64,000 nt of DNA from NCBI GenBank assembly GCA_964035545.1, contig CAXIUT010000183.1:496001-560000 (forward strand). The letters run 5' to 3'. The notes beneath the pieces were generated by a model, which saw only the letters and a list, made by a program, of their open reading frames with translations, was not told the DNA's origin and ran no database searches. Below are positions 50,401 to 61,300 of this stretch, piece by piece. The stretch comes from Bugula neritina. Its lineage: Eukaryota; Animalia; Bryozoa. Numbering within the stretch: the stretch's first letter is position 1; each line of letters begins with the position of its first letter. The position numbers were made by a program, and so were the translations under genes.

Positions 50401-53400
50401 TATGGTAAACTACTGAAATATACTTTAACACATTGAAAAATCCTGCAACATACTAAAATATACTGTAACACACTGCAAGATACTGCAACATACCGAAATA
50501 CACTGTAACATAGTGAAACACACTGCAACATACTGCATTATACTGACATACACTGGAACATATTGAAATACACTGCAACATCCTACAACATGCTGAAATG
50601 CGCTGTAACATATTGAAATACACTGCAACACATTGAAAAATACTGCAACATACCGAAATATATGGTAAACTATTGAATTATACTGTAACACATTGAAAAA
50701 TACTGGAACACACTGAAATATACTCTGACACAATGCAAAATACTGTAACATACTGAAATATGCTGTAGCACACTGAAATACACTGCAACTCACTGAAATA
50801 TACTGCAACATACTGAAAAACACTGTAACATATTGAGACATACTGCAACATACTGCAACATACTGAAATACACTGTAACATCCTGAAATACATTGCAAAA
50901 TACTGCAACATATTGAAATACACTGTAACACATTGAAAAATACTGCAACATACTGAAATACACTGCAACCCACTGAAATACATCGCAAAAGACTACAACA
51001 TACTGAAATACACTGTAACATATATTCAATACACTGCAACACATTGAAATATACTGCAACCTATAGAAATATATGGTAAACTACTGAAATATACTGTAAC
51101 GCATTGAAAAATACTGCAACATACTGAAATATACTGTAACAAACTGAAATATACTGCAACATACTGAAATACACTGTAACATACTGAAATAAACTGCAAC
51201 ATACTGAAGTACACTGCAACATCCTACAACATACTGAAATACAATGTAACATATTGAAACACACTGCAACACATTGAAATATACTGCCATGTACCGAATT
51301 ATATGGTGGACTACTGAAATATACTGTAACACATTGAAAAATACTGCAAGATACTGAAATATACTGCGACACATTGCAATATACTGTAACATACTGAAAT
51401 ATACTGTAACACACTGAAATACACTGCAACTCACTGAAATATACTGCAATATACTGAAATACACTGCAACATCCTACAACATACTGAAATACACTGCAAC
51501 ATATTGAAAGACACTGCAACACATTGAAATATACTGCAACATACCAAAATATATGGTAAACTACTGAAATATACTTTAACACATTGGAAAATACTGAAAT
51601 ATACTGTAACACACTGAAAAACACTGCAAAACACTACAACATATTGAAATACACTGCAACACATTGAAAAATACCGCAACATACTGAAATATACTGTGAC
51701 ACATTACAATATACTGCAACATACTGAAATACACTGTAACATACTGAAATACACTTCAACACATTGAAAAATACCGCAACATACTGAAATATACTGTGAC
51801 ACATTACAATATACTGCAACATACTGAAATACACTGTAACATACTGAAATAAACTGTAACACATTGAAAAATACTGCATCATACTGAAATATACTGCGAC
51901 ATAATGCAATATTCTGTAACATACTGAGATATGCTGTAGCACACTGAAATACACTACAACTCACTGAAACATACTGCAACATACTGAAATACACTGTAAC
52001 ATCCTACAACATACTGAAATACACAGTAACATATTGAAATACACTGCAACACATTGAAATATACTGCAACATACCTAAATATACGGTAATATACTGAAAT
52101 ATACTGTAACACATTGAAAATACTGCAAGATACTGAAATATACTGTGACACATTGCAATATACTGTAACATACTGAAATATGCTCAAGCACACTGAAACA
52201 CACTGCACCTCACTGAAACATACTGCAACATACTGAAATACACTGCAACATCCTACAACATACTGAAATACACTGCAACATATTGAAAGACACTGCAAGA
52301 CAATGAAATATACTGCAACATACTGAAATATACTGTAACACACTGAAATATACTGCAACATACTGAAATACACTGCTACATACTGAAATATACTGCAACA
52401 TACTGCAACATACTGAAATACACTGTAACATACTGAAATACACTGCAACAAACTACAACATATTGAAATACACTGCAACACATTGAAATATACTGCAACA
52501 TACCTAAATATACGGTAATATAGCGGAAAAAAACTGTAACAGATTGACAAATTCTGCAACATACTGAAATATACTGCGACACATTGCAATATACTGTAAC
52601 ATACTGAAACATGCTCTAGCACACTGAAATACACTGCAACCCACTGAAATATACTGCAACATACGGAAATACACTGCAACACATTGAAATACACTGCAAC
52701 ATACCAAAATAAATGGTAAACTACTGAAATATACTTTAACACATTGAAAAATACTGCAACATACTGAAATATACTGTAACACACTGAAATATACTGCAAC
52801 ATACTGAAATACACTGTAACATATTGAAATACACTGCAACAAACTACAACATATTGAAATACACTGCAACGCATTGAAAGACACTGCAACACATTGAAAT
52901 ATACTGCAATATACCAATATATATGGTAAACTGCTGAAATATACTTTAACACATTGAAAAATACTGCAACATACTGAAATATACTGTAACACACTGAAAT
53001 ATACTGCAACATACTGCAACAATCTGAAATACACCGTAACATACTGAAATACACTGCAACAAACTACAACATATTGAAATACACTGCAACACATTGAAAT
53101 ATACTGCAACATACCTAAATATACGGTAATATACCGAAAAAAAACTGTAACAGATTGAAAAATTCTGCAACATACTGAAATAAACTGCAACACACTGAAA
53201 TACACCGCAAAATACTACAACATGCTGAAATACACTGTAACATATTGAAATACACTGCAACACTTTGAAATATACTGCAACATACCGAAATATATGTTAA
53301 ACTACTAAAATATACTGTAACACTTTGAAAAACAGTGCAACATACTGAAATATACTGCGACACTTTGCAATGTACTGTAACATACTGAAATATGCTGTAG

Positions 53401-56400
53401 CACACTGAAATACACTGCAACTCACTGAAATATACTGCAACATATTGAAATACACTGCAACATCCTACAACATGCTAAAATACACGGTAACATATTGAAA
53501 TACAGTACAACACGTTGAAATATACTGCAACATACCGGAATATATGGTAAAGTACTGAAATATACTGTAACACACTGAAAAATACTGCAACATACTGAAA
53601 TATACTGCGACACATTGCAATATACTGCAACATACCAAAATATATGGTAAACTACTGAAATATACTTTAACACATTGAAAAATACTGCAACATACTGAAA
53701 TATACTGTAACACACTGAAATATACTGCAACATACTGAAATACACTGTAACATACTGAAATAAACTGCAACATACCAAAATACATGGTAAACTACTGAAA
53801 TATACTTTAACACATTGAAAAATCCTGCAACATACTAAAATATACTGCGACACATTGCAATATACTGTAACATACTGAAATATGCTCTAGCACACTGAAA
53901 TACACTGCAACTCACTGAAATATACTGCAACATACTGAAATACACTGCAACACATTGAAATATACTGCAACCTACAGAAATAGGTGGTAAACTACTGAAA
54001 TATACTGTAACACATTGAAAAATACTGCAACATACTGAAATATACTGCGACACATTGTAATATACTGTAACATACTGAAACATACTGTAGCACACTGAAA
54101 TAGACTGCAGCTCACTGAAATATACTGCATTATACTGAAATTCACTGCAGCATCCTACAACATGCTGAAATACACTGTAACATATTGAAATACACTGCAA
54201 CAAACTACAACATATTGAAATACACTGCAACGCATTGAAAGACACTGCAACACATTGAAATATACTGCAATATACCAATATATATGGTAAACTGCTGAAA
54301 TATACTTTAACACATTGAAAAATACTGCAACATACTGAAATATACTGTAACACACTGAAATATACTGCAACATACTGAAATACACTGCTAGATACTGAAA
54401 TATACTGCAACATACTGCAACAATCTGAAATACACTGTAACATACTGAAATACACTGCAACAAACTACAACATATTGAAATACACTGCAACACATTGAAA
54501 TATACCGCAACATACCTAAATATACGATAATATACCGAAAAAAAAACTGTAACAGATTGAAAAATTCTGCAACATACTGAAATAAACTGCAACACACTGA
54601 AATACACCGCAAAATACTACAACATACTGAAATACACTGTAACATATTGAAATACACTGCAACACTTTGAAATATACTGCAACATACCGAAATATATGTT
54701 AAACTACTAAAATATACTGTAACACTTTGAAAAACAGTGCAACATACTGAAATATACTGCGACATTTTGCAATGTACTGTAACATACTGAAATATGCTGT
54801 AGCACACTGAAATACACTGCAACTCACTGAAATATACTGCAACATACTGAAAAACACTGTAACATATTGAGACATACTGCAACATACTGCAACATACTGA
54901 AATACACTGTAACATACTGAAATACATTGCAAAATACTGCAACATATTGAAATACACTGCAACACATTGAAATATACTGCAACATACCTAAATATCCGGT
55001 AATATACTGAGATATACTGTAACACATTGAAAAATACTGCAACATACTGAAATACACTGCAACCCACTGGAATACATCGCAAAAGACTACAACATACTGA
55101 AATACACTGTAACATATTGAAATACACTGCAACACATTGAAATATACTGCAACCTATAGAAATATATGGTAAACTACTGAAATATACTGTAACACATTGA
55201 AAAATACTGCAACATACTGAAACATACTGCGACACATTGCAATATACTGTAACATACTGAAACATGCTGTAGCACACTGAAATAGACTGCAGCTCACTGA
55301 AATATACTGCAACATACTGAAATTCACTGCAGCATCCTACAACATGCTGAAATACACTGTAACATATTGAAATACACTGCAACACATTGAAATATACTGC
55401 AACATACCGCAATATATGGTAAACTACTGAAATATACTGTAACACATTGAAAAATACTGCATCATACTGAAATAAACTGCGACATAATGCAATATTCTGT
55501 AACATACTGAGATATGCTGTAGCACACTGAAATACACTACAACTCACTCAAACATACTGCAACATACTGAAATACACTGTAACATCCTACAACATACTGA
55601 AATACACAGTAACATATTGAAATACACTGCAACACATTGAAATATACTGCAACATACCTAAATATACGGTAATATACTGAAATATACTGTAACACATTGA
55701 AAAATACTGCAAGATACTGAAATATACTGTGACACATTGCAATATACTGTAACATACTGAAATATGCTCAAGCACACTGAAACACACTGCACCTCACTGA
55801 AACATACTGCAACATACTGAAATACACTGCAACATCCTACAACATACTGAAATACACTGCAACATATTGAAAGACACTGCAAGACAATGAAATATACTGC
55901 AACATACTGAAATATACTGTAACACACTGAAATATACTGCAACATACTGAAATACACTGCTACATACTGAAATATACTGCAACATACTGCAACATACTGA
56001 AATACACTGTAACATACTGAAATACACTGCAACAAACTACAACATATTGAAATACACTGCAACACATTGAAATATACTGCAACATACTTAAATATACGGT
56101 AATATAGCGGAAAAAAACTGTAACAGATTTACAAATTCTGCAACATACTGAAATATACTGCGACACATTGCAATATACTGTAACATACTGAAATATGCTC
56201 TAGCACACTGAAATACACTGCAACCCACTGAAATATACTGCAACATACGGAAATACACTGCAACACATTGAAATACACTGCAACATACCAAAATAAATGG
56301 TAAACTACTGAAATATACTTTAACACATTGAAAAATACTGCAACATACTGAAATATACTGTAACACACTGAAATATACTGCAAAATACTGAAATACACTG

Positions 56401-58360
56401 TAACATATTGAAATACACTGCAACAAACTACAACATATTGAAATACACTGCAACGCATTGAAAGACACTGCAACACATTGAAATATCCTGCAATATACCA
56501 ATATATATGGTAAACTGCTGAAATATACTTTAACCCTTTGAAAAATACTGCAACATACTGAAATATACTGTAACACACTGAAATATACTGCAACATACTG
56601 CAACAATCTGAAATACACTGTAACATACTGAAATACACTGCAACAAACTACAACATATTGAAATACACTGCAACACATTGAAATATACTGCAACATACCT
56701 AAATATACGGTAATATACCGAAAAAAAACTGTAACAGATTGAAAAATTCTGCAACATACTGAAATAAACTGCAACACACTGAAATACACCGCAAAATACT
56801 ACAACATGCTGAAATACACTGTAACATATTGAAATACACTGCAACACTTTGAAATATACTGCAACATACCGAAATATATGTTAAACTACTAAAATATACT
56901 GTAACACTTTGAAAAACAGTGTAACATACTGAAATATACTGCGACACTTTGCAGTGTACTGTAACATACTGAAATATGCTGTAGCACACTGAAATACACT
57001 GCAACTCACTGAAATATACTGCAACATATTGAAATACACTGCAACATCCTACAACATGCTAAAATACACGGTAACATATTGAAATACAGTACAACACGTT
57101 GAAATATACTGCAACATACCAGAATACATGGTAAAGTACTGAAATATACTGTAACACACTGAAAAATACTGCAACATACTGAAATATACTGCGACACATT
57201 GCAATATACTGCAACATACCAAAATATATGGTAAACTACTGAAATATACTTTAACACATTGAAAAATACTGCAATATACTGAAATATACTGTAACACACT
57301 GAAATATACTGCAACATACTGAAATACACTGTAACATACTGAAATAAACTGCAACATACCAAAATATATGGTAAACTACTGAAATATACTTTAACACATT
57401 GAAAAATCCTGCAACATACTAAAATATACTGTAACACACTGCAAGATACTGCAACATACCGAAATACACTGTAACATAGTGAAACACACTGCAACATACT
57501 GCATTATACTGACATACACTGGAACATATTGAAATACACTGCAACATCCTACAACATGCTGAAATGCGCTGTAACATATTGAAATACACTGCAACACATT
57601 GAAAAATACTGCAACATACCGAAATATATGGTAAACTATTGAATTATACTGTAACACATTGAAAAATACTGGAACACACTGAAATATACTCTGACACAAT
57701 GCAAAATACTGTAACATACTGAAATATGCTGTAGCACACTGAAATACACTGCAACTCACTGAAATATACTGCAACATACTGAAAAACACTGTAACATATT
57801 GAGACATACTGCAACATACTGCAACATACTGAAATACACTGTAACATCCTGAAATACATTGCAAAATACTGCAACATATTGAAATACACTGTAACACATT
57901 GAAAAATACTGCAACATACTGAAATACACTGCAACCCACTGAAATACATCGCAAAAGACTACAACATACTGAAATACACTGTAACATATATTCAATACAC
58001 TGCAACACATTGAAATATACTGCAACCTATAGAAATATATGGTAAACTACTGAAATATACTGTAACGCATTGAAAAATACTGCAACATACTGAAATATAC
58101 TGTAACAAACTGAAATATACTGCAACATACTGAAATACACTGTAACATACTGAAATAAACTGCAACATACTGAAGTACACTGCAACATCCTACAACATAC
58201 TGAAATACAATGTAACATATTGAAACACACTGCAACACATTGAAATATACTGCCATGTACCGAATTATATGGTGGACTACTGAAATATACTGTAACACAT
58301 TGAAAAATACTGCAAGATACTGAAATATACTGCGACACATTGCAATATACTGTAACATAC
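37920..58360. repeat. Macro-repeat, period 6966 bp (about 2.9 copies), built from related 3584- and 3382-bp halves
   Basis: ORF series 38278/45244/52210, 39903/46869/53835, 41605/48571/55537 and 43459/50425/57391. Half-period offsets are 38278/41862 = 3584 and 41862/45244 = 3382. Confidence 0.95.
44691..44885. repeat. Local 100-bp tandem duplication of a divergent segment (repeated at ~51657-51851)
   Basis: aaaaataccgcaacatactgaaatatactgtgacacattacaat starts at 44701 and 44801. Confidence 0.9.
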
Positions 58361-61300
58361 CGAAATATATGGTAAACTATTGAATTATACTGTAACACAT
58401 TGAAAAATACTGCAACATACTGAAATATACTGTAACACACTGAAATATACTGCAACATACTGAAATACACTGTAACATATTGAAATACACTGCAACAAAC
58501 TACAACATATTGAAATACACTGCAACGCATTGAAAGACACTGCAACACATTGAAATATACTGCAATATACCAATATATATGGTAAACTGCTGAAATATAC
58601 TTTAACACATTGAAAAATACTGCAACATACTGAAATATACTGTAACACACTGAAATATACTGCAACATACTGCAACAATCTGAAATACACTGTAACATAC
58701 TGAAATACACTGCAACAAACTACAACATATTGAAATACACTGCAACACATTGAAATATACTGCAACATACCTAAATATACGGTAATATACCGAAAAAAAA
58801 CTGTAACAGATTGAAAAATTCTGCAACATACTGAAATAAACTGCAACACACTGAAATACACCGCAAAATACTACAACATGCTGAAATACACTGTAACATA
58901 TTGAAATACACTGCAACACTTTGAAATATACTGCAACATACCGAAATATATGTTAAACTACTAAAATATACTGTAACACTTTGAAAAACAGTGCAACATA
59001 CTGAAATATACTGCGACACTTTGCAATGTACTGTAACATACTGAAATATGCTGTAGCACACTGAAATACACTGCAACTCACTGAAATATACTGCAACATA
59101 TTGAAATACACTGCAACATCCTACAACATGCTAAAATACACGGTAACATATTGAAATACAGTACAACACGTTGAAATATACTGCAACATACCGGAATATA
59201 TGGTAAAGTACTGAAATATACTGTAACACACTGAAAAATACTGCAACATACTGAAATATACTGCGACACATTGCAATATACTGCAACATACCAAAATATA
59301 TGGTAAACTACTGAAATATACTTTAACACATTGAAAAATACTGCAACATACTGAAATATACTGTAACACACTAAAATATACTGCAACATACTGAAATACA
59401 CTGTAACATACTGAAATAAACTGCAACATACCAAAATATATGGTAAACTACTGAAATATACTTTAACACATTGAAAAATCCTGCAACATACTAAAATATA
59501 CTGCGACACATTGCAATATACTGTAACATACTGAAATATGCTCTAGCACACTGAAATACACTGCAACTCACTGAAATATACTGCAACATACTGAAATACA
59601 CTGCAACACATTGAAATATACTGCAACCTACAGAAATAGGTGGTAAACTACTGAAATATACTGTAACACATTGAAAAATACTGCAACATACTGAAATATA
59701 CTGCGACACATTGTAATATACTGTAACATACTGAAACATACTGTAGCACACTGAAATAGACTGCAGCTCACTGAAATATACTGCATTATACTGAAATTCA
59801 CTGCAGCATCCTACAACATGCTGAAATACACTGTAACATATTGAAATACACTGCAACAAACTACAACATATTGAAATACACTGCAAGGCATTGAAAGACA
59901 CTGCAACACATTGAAATATACTGCAACATACCTAAATATACGGTAATATACTGAAATTCACTGTAACGCATTGCAAAATACTGCAACATACTGAAATTCA
60001 CTGCGACACACTGAAATACGCTGCAAAATACTACAACATACTGAAATAAACTGTAACATGTTGAAATACACTGCAACACATTGAAAAATACTGCAACATA
60101 CTGAAATATACTGTAACACACTGAAATATACTGCAACATACTGAAATACACTGTAACATACTGAAATACATTGCAAAATACTGCAACATATTGAAATACA
60201 CTGCAACACATTGAAATATACTGCAACATACCTAAATATCCGGTAATATACTGAGATATACTGTAACACATTGAAAAATACTGCAACATACTGAAATACA
60301 CTGCAACCCACTGGAATACATCGCAAAAGACTACAACATACTGAAATACACTGTAACATATTGAAATACACTGCAACACATTGAAATATACTGCAACCTA
60401 TAGAAATATATGGTAAACTACTGAAATATACTGTAACACATTGAAAAATACTGCAACATACTGAAACATACTGCGACACATTGCAATATACTGTAACATA
60501 CTGAAACATGCTGTAGCACACTGAAATAGACTGCAGCTCACTGAAATATACTGCAACATACTGAAATTCACTGCAGCATCCTACAACATGCTGAAATACA
60601 CTGTAACATATTGAAATACACTGCAACACATTGAAATATACTGCAACATACCGCAATATATGGTAAACTACTGAAATATACTGTAACACATTGAAAAATA
60701 CTGCATCATACTGAAATAAACTGCGACATAATGCAATATTCTGTAACATACTGAGATATGCTGTAGCACACTGAAATACACTACAACTCACTCAAACATA
60801 CTGCAACATACTGAAATACACTGTAACATCCTACAACATACTGAAATACACAGTAACATATTGAAATACACTGCAACACATTGAAATATACTGCAACATA
60901 CCTAAATATACGGTAATATACTGAAATATACTGTAACACATTGAAAAATACTGCAAGATACTGAAATATACTGTGACACATTGCAATATACTGTAACATA
61001 CTGAAATATGCTCAAGCACACTGAAACACACTGCACCTCACTGAAACATACTGCAACATACTGAAATACACTGCAACATCCTACAACATACTGAAATACA
61101 CTGCAACATATTGAAAGACACTGCAAGACAATGAAATATACTGCAACATACTGAAATATACTGTAACACACTGAAATATACTGCAACATACTGAAATACA
61201 CTGCTACATACTGAAATATACTGCAACATACTGCAACATACTGAAATACACTGTAACATACTGAAATACACTGCAACAAACTACAACATATTGAAATACA

